From Octopus vulgaris (Eukaryota), in the NCBI GenBank assembly GCA_951406725.2, contig OX597830.1, positions 34,658,001-34,722,000 on the forward strand: 64,000 nucleotides of DNA, read 5' to 3'. The position numbers and the translations under genes are program-made. Of this stretch, positions 41,095 through 55,530 are shown piece after piece; the first letter of the stretch is position 1, and each line of letters opens with the position of its first letter. Below the pieces are notes generated by a model. It was not told where the DNA came from and did no database searches. It was given only the letters and a program-made list of their open reading frames with translations.

Positions 41095-41501
41095 GATAGA
41101 TAGATAGATAGATAGATAGATCCAGACAACCATCTATATATTGGGGATACTAAAATAGTTCTTAAATAATTCTAATTATAAGCGCAATTAGAATAAATTC
41201 TTTTGTTTTGATAAAATATTTTCATCAAAGCTGCGGGAAGTGAAAGAACTAAAATTGCTCCCAATGAAATATTCATTTTTAAGGGGTGTGTGAAGATCAT
41301 AATTGGCGGTTTTGCTGACAACTTGGATATTTTTCGCCCTTATTGTATATGTGGATATATTTTGCTCCAAAGGCGACGAGCAGAATGAGCCGTTAGCAAA
41401 TAGAACGGAGTACTTTGCGAGATTTCTTCCGGTTGTACATGCTGGGTTTAAATTCAACCTTTGACTTTGCCATTCCTTATTTAGGCTCTCTTTTTCTTTT
41501 A

Positions 41502-41894
41502 TCTCTCTTTTACTTGTTTCAGTCATTTGACTGCGGCCATGCTGGAGCACCGCCTTTAGTCGAGCAAATCGACCCCGGGACTTATTCTTTGTAAGCCCAG
41601 TACTTATTCTATCGTTCTCTTTTGCCGAACCGCTACGTGACGGGGACGTAAACACACCAGCATCGGTTGTCAAGCAATACTAGGGGGACAAACACAAACA
41701 CACACACATACATATATATATACATATATACGACAGGCTTCTTTCAGTTTCCGTCTACCAAATCCACTCACAAGGCATTGGTCGGCCCGGGGCTATAGCA
41801 GAAGACACTTGCCCAAGATGCCACGCAGTGGGACTTAACCCGGAACCATGTGGTTGGTTAGCAAGCTACTTACCACACAGCCACTCCTGCGCCT
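41502..41894 (-). mobile_element. SINE family A, young copy
   Basis: Highly similar reverse complement of 42592-43020. Confidence 0.9.
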
Positions 41895-42138
41895 ATAAAG
41901 TAAATACCTGCGTTGATAAAGTAAATACCAGTTGATATTATTGACAGCTCTCTATCGCTATTTCAGGCTTTTTGCCTAGAGCAGAAATAAATATATTGCC
42001 TCAAGGAAACAGTTTTCTGGCGGGAAGCTTGTTTATGTCTGCACACACACACACACACACAACGTACTTCATCTGTTTTGCTAATTTGTTTCTCATGCTG
42101 TTGAGGGGTCAGTCTGCTCAAGATCCGGTGAGTAGCAA

Positions 42139-42250
42139 AGTAAATAATGTAAATAATGTAAATAATGTAAATAAATAATGTAAATAATGTAAATAATGTA
42201 AATAAAGTAAATAATGTAAATAATGTACTCAAAGTAAATACGTAAATAAT
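42139..42250. repeat. (GTAAATAAT)n 9-mer tandem repeat
   Basis: Directly visible; same motif occurs in the hammerhead element tail at about 28260. Confidence 0.85.
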
Positions 42251-42591
42251 TCAAATACCAGAGAGAAGAAATAATTCGTTGTCGTCCCCCACCCCCATAC
42301 AAAAATGTGCAACATGTCCCAGAAGTAACATTGAACCCTAAGTAATTCAACACCACCTGTCGACCTGTCGAAATGTGTATTTTTAGGTGTTATACAATAT
42401 AACAGCAACAGTTATTTTGATCATAACTAATCGTTCATACAATTTCCTGCATACCACTGGTCTACTGAGGCAGAATTAATCCGGGCTACATAACGATAAT
42501 AACTATGCATGCATAAGTGACCATCAAAATTTGATCAACTACAAGGAAGGCCATAACTCCCTATCTGATACAACACTTATTTAAGAAGATA

Positions 42592-42759
42592 TAGGCGCAG
42601 GAGTGGCTGTGTGGTAAGTAGCTTGTTTACCAACCACATGGTTCCGGGTTCAGTCCCACTGCGTGGAACCTTGGGCAAGTGTCTTCTACTATAGCCTCGG
42701 GCCGACCAAAGCCTTGTGAGTGGATTTGGTAGACGGAAACTGAAAAGAATCCCGTCGTA

Positions 42760-42799
<40 letters not shown>

Positions 42800-43020
42800 T
42801 GTGTGTGTTTGTGTGTTTGTGTGTTTGTGTTTGTCCCCCTAGCATTGCTTGACAACTGATGCTGGTGTGTTTACGACCCCGTTACTTAGCGGTTCGGCAA
42901 AAGAGACCGATAGAATAAGTACTGGGCTTACAAAAAGAATAAGTCCCGGGGTCGAGTTGCTCGATTAAAGGCGGTGCTCCAGCATGGTCGCAGTCAAATG
43001 ACTGAAACAAGTAAAAGAGA
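42592..43020 (+). mobile_element. SINE family A, young copy
   Basis: Head aggcgcaggagtggctgtgtggtaag, B-box-like GGTTCAGTCCC, internal (TA)n(TG)n, tail gactgaaacaagtaaaagag. Confidence 0.9.
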
Positions 43021-44527
43021 GTAAAGAGTTAAGCTGTTAGGTTCATGGATATATATTGATATATCCTAGTACGACCTGATGGTTATGAAGTTTCTTTCAC
43101 AAAAACACGAGTTCCCGGATTCCGTTCCACTGCGTGGCATTTGTGGCTAATGTTATCTTCTATAGCTTTGGATCGACCAATATCTTGTGTGTGAAATTAG
43201 GTAGAGAGCATCTGTAGATAAAGCTACCGAATAGATTCCATCTGTAATTCAGAAACGTGCAACCTTGTCATCACACAGTAAAAATTACCTTAAAAGCATA
43301 TGGCTCCGGAATACTCAACCGTTTACATGCTAATTCAGGAGCAGGTAATTCAGCTGATCGAACAACTGGATCTTCATTGCCATGCGACGTAGGTCCACAA
43401 TGCAGTTACTGATATATCTTCCGGAAGAAATCATTTTTAATATTTTAGGTATTTGTCCAGATTTGTAGGAAGAATTGAAACTTATTAAGAGACTGTCCTT
43501 GCGTGATCTTTGGAAATATATTATAGTTTCCGCGCGAAAACTGCGCTCTTCGATAATGTTGTATACGTGAGCATGTTTCCTATTTCTTAGTTAGCTAAAG
43601 ATTTGTAGTTTGATTTCTATCGTAAAGGGAAATGTCATTTCTCATCTGTCAAATTGTACATATTATGAAGGGTCTATTTTCTGGAAATAAATTGAAATGT
43701 ATTAGAAAGAAAAGAAAAATCAAACAAATAACTAGTAGAAAAAAATACCAAAAACAGTCATGCCATTATACAACTGTGAGAGATCTTAACAAAAGCAAGG
43801 AAAAATAACACCACAAAAGAAGATGGAACTCAAGTATTAGAAAAGAAAATCGATGACCGACTTCTTGATTAGGTTGTTAAATGTAAGATATGGAAGTATC
43901 AGTCTCTTTATATAACCGGAATTCGCGTCCATCAATACACACACTCACATATAGAAGCAACTATATACACACATACTTATTCCCACATACACATATGTGT
44001 ATACATGTATATAAGTAGAGAATCTCTATCCAATATATGTGTTCTCTGATTTTGACCATAATAATTCATTAGGAATTATTCATTTTCATTATATTACGGC
44101 TTTAATTACTAGTGATTTAACAATGGGATCAGAGTGGCTCAGTAAAATGGCTATTTAAACTCCTACTTTTATTATATGTTCTTCACGCAGAGATCACCCC
44201 TGGATATTTTCCCTATTCCAATATTTTTATTTGCCTAATCAGAATTCTTTACTAAAATTCTAACATACATATATTCAGTGTCAGTTTAGCATCAGGTAAG
44301 TACGAATAAGCTTATATTTAACTACAAAGATATAAGGAGTTATCCCCCTTATTTATCACTAACGAACAAATTCCTTATCTCCAAAATGCCTGCATACAAA
44401 TTTTACTTACTTCGTCTCCCTTTTGTTCCAGAAAAAATTATCATTAATTCTACTGATTGTCCTTGCCTTGCGGATGGGATTTAGTGATTATCAATTATAT
44501 ACAACATAATCTATGTGTGTGTGTCTG

Positions 44528-44666
<139 letters not shown>

Positions 44667-44699
44667 AATATATACACACTCATGCATACATGCATAACT

Positions 44700-44900
44700 A
44701 TATAATTCTACAAAAAGCTTAGGTATAATTAGCAATATGCACCTTAATAACAGCGATACCTCTTGCAATATCGAGTGATAAATAATTCCCTTCGGAAAAC
44801 AAATAATTTCCAATATACCAAAACTGTTCCATTTGGAATTGGCTTAATATTTTCTAAAAGACCGTAAATTCTATAGAATATTTAATAAACATAGGCGTAG
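44700..44900 (-). pseudogene. Possible very old Penelope-like RT remnant
   Basis: Minus strand NYLFSEGNYLSLDIARGIAVIKVHIANYT*AFVE loosely matches NxFxFxxxxYxQxxGIAMG..ANL..FxE. Confidence 0.3.
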
Positions 44901-46080
44901 ACTAGACTTTTCGAATAGCAAAAAAATCATCACAAATTATCGTATCACACAACGCTAGTAGATTAAACAGTTTTCATGCAAATAATAACAATAGTAACTA
45001 GAATAATAATTATAGGTCAATAAATTGCAACAATATCAACATGAGCGAACCAGCAATAAGTAACCCAACTAGATATAAAGAGAGGAACTATGGTTTAACA
45101 ACCAGCAAAATAAAAGCTAGCCGAACAAACTCCTACGTTAGCCTTGAAGTGGAAGATGTGAATCTTCAAAAGCGCAGTACTCAGAATCTTGTCTATATGA
45201 GAAAGAGCAATAGCTTAGGAGATAGACAAGAGAATTTAGAAATCACTTCTAGTGAATCTGAAGCGAAAACTATTAATGGAAGTAGTAGAACTATCAAATA
45301 CGGTTGTGTAAGGAACAGAGTCTGCCCACTTAACTAATTGTAGCTATAAATATATTGTATATAGATGTAATGTTACTTCAGAGAATTTCTATATAGGAGC
45401 TTGTTCACGTTACATTGAGCAAATAATTGCCAGTCATTTGTATTCGTTTAGAAATGGGAACAAAATGAATACTACTAGCCTTAATAAACTAATTCGGGTA
45501 ATAAAAGATAGTAATAAAGTATATTAGATTGTTTGGGAAATAATTAGTAAGGTGATAAAAGATGTAATCTTTGTGTGGAAGAAATGCACCAAATTTTACT
45601 TCTAAATTTACTGTTATAAACACAAGACAGGAACAGGCTATAACATATCCACAGTTGAGAAAAGATACGCTTAAACAGTTTAAATAAACACAACTCACCA
45701 TCTATAGTAATTATGCGAGTAAGAATAATGGTTGTAATAATTAATGATATTTATACTACTACTACTACTACTACTACTAACAATAACAATATTAATTATT
45801 ACTACTAAGAATAACAATATTTATTGAGGGCAAAAAACCCAAAATAAGTTTTTAAAAATCCTCTGAAAAAGTAATGTACTCCATACAGCAAACCGTAGAC
45901 AAAACTGATACAATTAATTGAAATCTGAATAAACATTTTAAAACACGTTTCAACTGTAGTACCACCAGAGGTGATTATATGACCGGAATTCCATTGGATT
46001 TAAAAAGTAACGCTATTACCTATAACTAAATACCAATACAAGCCGCTAATTTGAATTAGTTCACTTTGAAAACGTCATGA

Positions 46081-46169
46081 TGGACTCCTGATGAAATTGC
46101 AGTGACTAGGATGCATAATTGCCTACAGAGCAATGTGCAGTGGCTGCAGTCGAAACATATGTAGGTCAA
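46081..46169 (+). ncRNA. Type I hammerhead motif with long stem II
   Basis: GAC(T)C-CTGATGA-a-ATTGCAGT...GCTGCAGT-c-GAAA-CATATG-TA-GGTC; palindromic ACATATGT stem III; GUA site. Confidence 0.7.
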
Positions 46170-46748
46170 TGTTATATATACTGGAGAAAACTTTTTAATA
46201 AGAAAGTTTTGGATGTGAATAAATCTCCACTCTCTTCTTCGTTGTCAGTTATGTGTATGTGTGTGTGTGTGTGTGTGTGTATTTAATATACAAGGAAATA
46301 TAACTATATACAAAGGCACACTTCTATTAATCAGCATCAGTGAATGTGTCAAAATAAACCAGAAAAACAAATGATATGATAGCGCTTGAGAGGTCTATGT
46401 TTGCCTTGTTTATTTGTTGTTTCCCATTGCTCTAACACAAACGGTATTGATTATTGATAGACGCTACAGAACAACATAGTTTGGACAGGAATGGGAACTC
46501 ATGACTTTCATTTCTTTACTAAGAACATTTGCAATACAAATAATGAAAAACACTTTCAATCATGGCTAAAGCATTTCGATTGGTGTCAACCAGTGATTGT
46601 TTCGTTGGAAACTTGTCACTGGCGAATCAATTGTTCTCTAAGTGGTAAATAAATAAATAAATGAATATTTCATACATTGTTGGCTGCATCGCTAGTGCTC
46701 TCTAACTTTGGGTCGCTGAAAAACTTGTGAGTGAAACTGAATAGACTA

Positions 46749-47364
<616 letters not shown>

Positions 47365-47509
47365 CAGAAATTGTGTGAAAGATCGAAGAAGTAACTATTC
47401 ATGAAATTACGCAGTAAGAAATAATACTTTGTGAGATTTAAAACAACCAATTGGTATTTTGTGAATTTGGGGATGCAACTCTGTTGTAAGGAACATAACC
47501 AAATGTTCT

Positions 47510-47853
47510 CATTTTTTAAGCCTGGTAATATTAGTCTCATTTTTGCTGAACCGCTAAATTACGGAGAGAGAAACACACTGACACCAATTGTCGAGCTTTG
47601 GTGGGAAGACAAACACACAAAAAATACAAAGATGTCATATATACATATATATATTGGTAAAAACGGTAAGATAACAAAAGAAAGAAAGAGACCTCAATAT
47701 TATGTAAATAGAGGAAATTTATCTGTAAATTAATATGTGATAATTATACAATAGCCAAGAGATGGTGTTGTGGAGTTTCATCTTGGCTATTGTATAATTG
47801 TCACATATTAATCTACAGATATACATACATACATACATACATACATACATACA

Positions 47854-47889
<36 letters not shown>

Positions 47890-48040
47890 TATGGCAGGAT
47901 TCTTTCAGTTTCCGTCTGACAAATCCACTCACAAGGCTTTGGTTGGCCTGAGGCTACATTAGAAGACACTTGCCACAGGTGTCACGTAGTGGGATTGAAC
48001 ACGAAAACAGTGATTGGGAAACAAGCTTTTAACCACTTAA
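47510..48040 (-). mobile_element. SINE family A, diverged, with a nested hairpin insert
   Basis: Family motifs in reverse; insert at about 47655-47821 in the internal microsatellite. Confidence 0.7.
47720..47821. repeat. About 40-bp inverted repeat hairpin
   Basis: tatctgtaaattaatatgtgataattatacaatagccaaga / tcttggctattgtataattgtcacatattaatctacagata. Confidence 0.9.
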
Positions 48041-48711
48041 ATTCCTCTGCGCCCTTTTCCCTTTTACTGACTAAATGTAAATAAAAAGTCAAAAAGCTGT
48101 CCCCGTCCCTTGTGTATTTCTGGAAACCGTGACAGCACAATCTGCTTACCTTTTGACTTCTAAATTTCCTGTTTTGTATTGTCAGAATGTTTATTCCTAT
48201 TCATTTAAAACACACGCACATACACCTCACACTCACTTACACACACACACATATATTGCTTTTTATTTTATTTTCCTTATGAATTTGATCTATTTAATTA
48301 TTTATTTATGTATTTTTCTTTTTATTAAAATTTTACAGGCGACCAATTTGGAAATATATATTTCAAGCTTGAAATTGTGAAAAGAACACAGACCAGATAA
48401 TAGAGAACCTCGAAGAGAAAACATCAAAATATGCATTCAATTTTTACATTTAATATCGATTGTAACCAAATATCAAATAATTATATCATATTTTTCACTT
48501 TCTTATTAACGCTATCTTAAAATCATAATATTAAAGATTATCAAATATTTTATTAAAATCTCCCTTCGCTTATGGGTCAAAGTATGACAGATAATGGGAA
48601 TTACTAAGTTCTATGTTTTTATAATGACGCTTTGTCAATCTTCACCAGTTCTACTTTCAAAGAAATGCATTTGATTGATAAACTCACAACTAAACCAGAT
48701 ATTTACAAGGT

Positions 48712-48824
<113 letters not shown>

Positions 48825-49037
48825 TTATATATATATATATTACACATACATACATATATACATACATCCATACGGAGTGGGCGAGATGTCACGCACAGAA
48901 TAAGTCCAATACGCTCCGGAATTATCAAAGACTTGCACCATTTTTACTAAAATTGTATAAAATAAACGAAATAATGATGAATACAAACGTACATGATGAA
49001 CAACATGAATACTACTACTACTAATAATAATAATAAT

Positions 49038-49552
49038 AAATGTCTTGATGCAGTACCAGGCAGTGGCTCTCGTGGCTTCTGATCTTAACTGATTGGAAGT
49101 GTTAACAATGTACGTATTTTGTCGTGGCATAAAAGATGGGCTACATCTTCTCAATTCAACTGCTTTTCTTGTCAATTGTTTGACATGTCACTTAGTGGCT
49201 GACGATAAGTGCAGCTCTGATTACGAGCAGTAGTATTTTTTGGAGCATCGTAGCCATGTGTTGAGAGGAATTCTTTGGGGTTTGAATAATTTATCTGTGG
49301 AAACATATGTGTTTTGTTCATCATCCTTAAAACAAACTTCATTCAGGGACCTTTTGAGTTGGGTGGGCTACTCGACGTGAAGAAAATTCTAACTGGGCCC
49401 CATCTATACGGTCATGTGCTGTTTAATGTCACGCACATATGGTTCTGATACATGTGCTTGGTGTACTCTCAGCAAACAGGTTGTCATAGTGGATGTATTG
49501 GCCTTCGTATATTTCACACCAGTGTCACTGTATTAGCATGCACTGCTCTCTT
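49038..49552. mobile_element. Diverged reverse copy of the (AAT)n-embedded element
   Basis: tgatgcagtaccaggcagtggctctc...gcatgcactgctctc; AAT repeats at both ends. Confidence 0.8.
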
Positions 49553-49631
49553 AATAATAATAACAACGTATTATAAATGTCAGATGTAATGGTGCGTGAA
49601 TTTTGGCCCATTCTGTGTGTGTGTGTGTGTG

Positions 49632-49687
<56 letters not shown>

Positions 49688-50133
49688 TGTGTGTATACGC
49701 GTTATACATCGTGAGTATTGTGGTTTTCTGTTGTTCACATATTCACCACAGACATATCAATTATTTTCAACGCTGCAAAGTGGACTTTCAATACTTAAGG
49801 AAGGGAGATTATAATCGCAAGTTTTAAATTTTTTTTCTTCTAATTTTCTTAATTAGAATTAGTATATGTTCAGTTATATTACTTCTTGGACAAAGATCTG
49901 AAGTTGTACACAGGCAAAGCAGAAACATACACAAAACCACACAGAGAAAATCATGCACAAACATAAATATACATGCACATAAACACAATCACACACACAC
50001 AAACACACGCACACATACACACACATATTAATGTTTGTTTATATGTGAAGTTTATATAGTATAAATTTAACATTAAACGTAAGGAATACTGAAATCTTGC
50101 AGTGGAGTACATATCAATTTATGCGCGGTAAAA

Positions 50134-50168
50134 GTTGACAAGTTTCAGCTTGCAACCGTCATCAGACC
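50134..50168 (-). ncRNA. Minimal hammerhead-like motif
   Basis: GGT-CTGATGA-c-GGTT(GCA)AGCT-GAAA-CTTG-TC-AAC; GUC site; weak stem I. Confidence 0.5.
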
Positions 50169-50296
50169 GTGATTTGCTAAACAAACCTAGAAAGTCCAAA
50201 GTAAAGCATGTTCTAATGATGCTAAGGAGCTGAGTTATTGAAATCAATGTCTACATTTTCCTTGTAAAGATTTATATATAGATATGTGTGTGTGTG

Positions 50297-50350
<54 letters not shown>

Positions 50351-50384
50351 TACATATATGAAAACACACACATATATGACAACG

Positions 50385-50594
50385 ACAAGTCCCTTAACCA
50401 CTTGGGGGTCACTGGGGTGCTGCAGTATTGACGGCGAGAAAGCCTGGTGAAGCCCACCACACTCCAGGCTAAACTCATTTCTACAACTGAGTGGACAGGA
50501 GTAACGTGAAATTAAGTGTTTTGCTCAAGAACACAATGTATCGCCAGGAATCGAAACCATAATCTTACGATCGTAAGTCCAACACTCTAACCAA
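50385..50594 (-). mobile_element. tRNA-derived SINE related to 14802-15138
   Basis: Shared gtgttcttgagcaaaacactt-atttcacgtt-ctcc-gtccactcag-tgtagaaatgagtt core; different tail. Confidence 0.7.
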
Positions 50595-51129
50595 TACATA
50601 CACACACACACATATACATATATACACGCATACATACATGCACACAATTTTATTCAGATCTAAACCGTTACTAATCGCTCCTCAGAGTTTTGACCTGCCA
50701 TAGTGCTACCTTTGTTCTCGCATATTTGCGCAACGACTGCAACTTCTTAGCCTGAACACGCACACACAGTCACCGCATATATTTTACATGCTGTTCTAAG
50801 AACTCAAACCCACCAAAATTATACAGTTAAATAATGCTTCCTTATAATACCAAATGCAATCTATCACGCACACACATGCACACACTTATACATATAACTT
50901 CCATAGCAATAAAATATCTTAAAGCAGAATACTGTCTTTTGTTTTCACTTATTTTATATTGTTTGCAGTTGCATAAATGTCTTTACTTCCGTATATCAAA
51001 GTCTGTAAAATTTTCCATTATTAATTATTAGAATTTATCAATACATCGCATTTTAACGTGCGATTATCGTACTTAGATCAAGATCTCAATGAAATATATG
51101 CATTTATATTGATTAGAAGGACACAAATA

Positions 51130-51191
<62 letters not shown>

Positions 51192-51269
51192 GAGAGAGAG
51201 GCAAGGAGCTAGTGACAGCCAAGCAATGAAAAAAAGAACTACATTATCATAGCAGGCCGTGAAACATCT

Positions 51270-51390
51270 CCAGTTAATCACATATTTTTCATTCATTACC
51301 AGAAACATTTACTATTGTACAAAATGCCAATGTATAAAGTTGATACCAGGCCTATTCTAGGAGATAGGTTTAAAGAGCATCTGCCATTTC
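51270..51390 (+). pseudogene. Decayed GIY-YIG endonuclease fragment (Penelope-type)
   Basis: ITRNIYYCTKCQ..DTRPILGDRFKEHL resembles NVIYxIxCxxC..YIGETxRxLxxRFxEHL. Confidence 0.5.
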
Positions 51391-51878
51391 CAGATATATA
51401 TTACATCATAGCTCACCCTTATCCCGACTACAAAACGAACAAGCGCATATATTTGCCTTTTCACCACGCAATCACATAGTTTGAACAACAGATATCCTTA
51501 CAAAACCAAGTGTGATGCAGTTAACCGCGGTATTGCAGCTTCAGTGGCGTATATTAAAATTGCTTTTTGAAAATCTCGGAGGGTCTTGAAAATGTATCCC
51601 AGCACGTTCGGAGCCTTGGCCGTCCGTTCGCACTCCCGTCCTTATTCGCCGGTGTGTGCACGGTCGGGCGCAGAGCTCTGTGCGCATAACCGTCATGCCT
51701 TGTTTTCGTCCGCACGGCCTCACACTACATGTGTGTGTATGAGTGTGTGTGCTTGTATATAAGCATGTACGTATGTATATATACAGAGAGAATTCACAAA
51801 ATAAAGAACAAAAGACGAAGATAGGTGGTGCAGACAACACACAGATGTATTATTTTAACGCTCGGGAAGGGAAAAAGT

Positions 51879-51914
51879 CTTTAACGTTTCGAGTCTACGC
51901 TCTTCCACAGAAAG
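51879..51914 (-). ncRNA. Minimal hammerhead-like motif (variant core CTGTGGA)
   Basis: CTTT-CTGTGGA-A-GAGC(GTAG)ACTC-GAAA-CG-TT-AAAG. Confidence 0.5.
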
Positions 51915-52179
51915 GAACACAGAAAGAAACAGAGAGAGAAAATAAAGAATGTGTAATGGCTAGCGATCTATTAGGGCGAATGTACATATATATAGGTAGG
52001 TAGGTAGGACGAAAAGTACAACACGTAGACGAGGTAGCAAAAATAAACACACATTTGGTATTAATTTAACGCTCAGGAAATGGGGGGAAAGATGTGTTTA
52101 AAGCTTTGGCTATGTACATCTATGAAAGTCTGTATAGAGAGGGAGATAAAAGAAGAGAAAAGGAAAGTGGGAACGAACA

Positions 52180-52410
52180 CCGGTTGTTAACTGAAGGGGA
52201 ACAAAGACAAACATAAACACACTCACACACTCGCGCGCGCACACATATATGTATAGAAATATACAAAGGACTGCTCTCAGTTTTCATCTACCAAATCCAC
52301 TCACAAGGCTTTGGCCAGCTGGTGGCTATAATAGAAGACACTTGTCCAAGCAACCTCACAATCATAGTGAACCTAGAACCATGTGGTTGAGAAACAAAGG
52401 TTTTACCACT
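52180..52410 (-). mobile_element. SINE family A, degenerate
   Basis: ctaccaaatccactcacaaggctttgg. Confidence 0.65.
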
Positions 52411-53099
52411 CGGTGATAAATGTAAAGATCTTTTATTATCCAAAGAAAATAATTTCATAAAAGATATTCAAATAAGGTAATCGTATACATAAGCAGGTAT
52501 TTCTAATATTCTTAATCCCTACCTTAAAATAGAAATTCAAATTTTTTCGCATTGGTCATAAGCAATTTTTACAATCTACGTGCTGGCTTGAGGAAAGAAA
52601 ATCTAGATATGATCACAATAAAAGGTGTCAAGACAATATAGCTATAACTACAAGCAATGTATCTACGTGAAGTTCATTTTAAAACAGGTACCGTCAACAA
52701 ATATGGCTACTAAAAATATAACCTCCAGGTATCACGAATGGGTGTCGTCCGTAAAATGTTGATTGTCTATGTTGCAGCACTTACTGTGTTGCCGTCATAA
52801 AGATATATAACAATCTGAAATACGGGAAACATTCTAACAGGGAAGGCTAGTAAGATTTGAATATAGAAGCACATCTTCTACAAATTAAGTGCCCCCACTC
52901 ACTCCTTGTTTCTCCCCCCCTCTCTCTCTCCCCCTCTCTGTTACTCTTCACGTAAACGTTAAAACTGTTTTCTGTTTCTCCCCTCCTAAATTACTCAAGT
53001 TCTATGAATATAAATAGGGAATATTTCACGAATTTTCTTTAGATTGAAATTAATTTCATCTTAAATTTGATGGAAAATCTTACTTCGTAATATATCTAA

Positions 53100-53454
53100 C
53101 GAGTGACTGTGTAGTAAGTAGCTTGCTTACGAACCACATGGTTCCGGGTTCAGTCCACTACTATAGCCTCGGGCCGACCAAAGCCTTGTGAGTGGATTTC
53201 GTAGACGGAAACTGAAAGAATCCCGTCGTATATATGTGTATGTGTGTGTGTATATGTTTGTGTGTCTGTGTTTTCCCCCCACCAACATTGCTTGACAAAC
53301 GATGCTGGTGTGTTTACGTCCCCGTAACTTAGCGTTTCGGCAAAAGAGACCGATAGAATAAGTACTATGCTTGCAAAGTCATGGGGTCGATTTGGTCGAC
53401 TAAAGGCGGTGCTCCAGCATGGCTACAGTCAAATGACTGAAACAAGTAAAAGAG
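53100..53454 (+). mobile_element. SINE family A with a small internal deletion
   Basis: Family motifs. Confidence 0.85.
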
Positions 53455-53860
53455 GTTAAATCATGCTGAAGATTTCTAGAAGGAATGAAATGGTGTTATA
53501 CACGATCATCGCCAACTACAAATTATAAATACTTAATAATAGTGATGAAAACTTTTACAATTTTCATTTCCACTTCTGTGGTAAATATGTGCTAGATAAA
53601 GAAAAACTAATCATACATCAACATAGCAACTGGTTGTGTAAAATTCCATAGTTACTTAAAGCAGTTGAGAATCCCTGCGCAAAATTTAACCATAAGCAAG
53701 TATATATTAACAGGCACACATTTACTTCCGTGTCCACTATCGTTTTAACCCAGAAGAAACGGTCTGACCGAAACTTTCGACACTTTACTCCATGCAACAA
53801 TTTCACTGTAATCTTTTCGTGGCTTTTCCTCTATTTCCCTCTTTCTCCCCCTAATTTCGT

Positions 53861-53897
<37 letters not shown>

Positions 53898-53940
53898 GTC
53901 TTTCCCTGCATGTGTGTCTGTCACTCACTCATTCTCTCTT

Positions 53941-53976
<36 letters not shown>

Positions 53977-54028
53977 CGTGTGTATTTCTACATAATTGCA
54001 TACAAACGTAAGTGCAGATACACGTGTG

Positions 54029-54095
<67 letters not shown>

Positions 54096-54150
54096 GTGTG
54101 TGTATACGTGTGCGCGTGTGTGCGTATATACGTATGTCTCTGGTTTATGG

Positions 54151-54333
54151 TTTATTAATAAAGCTGCATAAACATCACAAAAACGGTTACTCAGAGTTTC
54201 ACGTTTCCATTCGTCAGATCGCTTTGGTTGATTCGCAAAAGCTGATGATTCTCAACCAAAAGTGTCCGACGAATGGGAACGTTTAACTCTGAGTAACAGT
54301 ATTTTGTGATGCCTTTGCAGCTTTATCAATAAA
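54151..54333. repeat. Fold-back of two hammerhead-bearing arms (about 80 bp each)
   Basis: 54151-54231 is the imperfect reverse complement of 54252-54333. Confidence 0.85.
54184..54221 (-). ncRNA. Type I hammerhead motif
   Basis: CGAT-CTGACGA-ATG(GAAA)CGT-GAAA-CTC(T)GAG-TA-ACCG; GUA site. Confidence 0.6.
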
Positions 54334-55096
54334 GTATATATATATATATATATACATATATTTATAATACACACATATATATATACACACACACCAAATA
54401 GACAGATAGGCAAATATACATATGTATATATATAAGTATATGTACACATAATATGCACACACACACATATACATATATCTCTATTTATCTGCCTCTCGCT
54501 CTATATATAGTATATGTATACACATGTATGTATATACATGTATGTATATATACATGTGTATTTATATATATATATGTATTTATATGCATATATATACGTA
54601 TATATATGTGTCTGTGTGTCTATGTATGTAGCTATGTATGTACGTAAACGTGCGCAAAGTTGAGAAAAGAGATAGTGAAGAGGAAGACTAAGAACGAAGA
54701 TGTAGAAGGTAGTTACATTGCTATATATGTGTACGAGAGAGAGAGAGAGAGAGAGAGATAGAGAGAGAGAATGAGAAATTCATATGCATACACCTTACAG
54801 AGGGAAATGTGCACGAAATCACAACCACATAGGCAGTTCTGAAAGATTTATTGGACTCATAAAATCTTAAAAGAACAACGAAACACATTTCGCCTAAGAA
54901 TAACACATAAACTTTCTCCCATCAAGAAAGGTTTTCGTGCGGACAAAACAAGCGGAAAATTACGTTTTCTCTCCTAAAGCCACCGCGTGCACACACATAC
55001 AGAGCACAGTCACAGATACATATGCACACACATGTATTTTATATCCGTATGCGTACGTGTCACTATATTAATATATGTTTCTGAATGTTTATACGC

Positions 55097-55145
<49 letters not shown>

Positions 55146-55326
55146 CACACACATACACACACACACATATATATATATATACACACACATACACACACAT
55201 ATATATATATATATACATATATAAATATATACACATATATACACACGCACATATACATATATACGTATGTATATATATATATATGAATATATATGTTTAT
55301 AGCTAAATATATACATACATATACAT

Positions 55327-55368
<42 letters not shown>

Positions 55369-55470
55369 GTGAATATATGCATATATTTATATATATGTAT
55401 CCATACATTACATTGGTCTGTGTGTATGTACACATAAATGTATGTCTATATATCTTATCTACACACACAG

Positions 55471-55530
<60 letters not shown>

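Noticed and set aside
42095-42137. CTGTTGA motif and CCG|GTGAGT donor-like site
   Set aside because: No GAAA box and no convincing acceptor; probably a decayed repeat
45041-45337. 98-aa ATG-initiated ORF
   Set aside because: No recognisable motif; lies in probable decayed retroelement sequence
51540-51720. GC/CpG-rich patch as a promoter
   Set aside because: Short, starts with transposon-like CAGTGGCGTA, no associated gene
53749-53782. CAGAAGA..GGTC-T-GACC-GAAAC hammerhead-like string
   Set aside because: Core and stem I both broken
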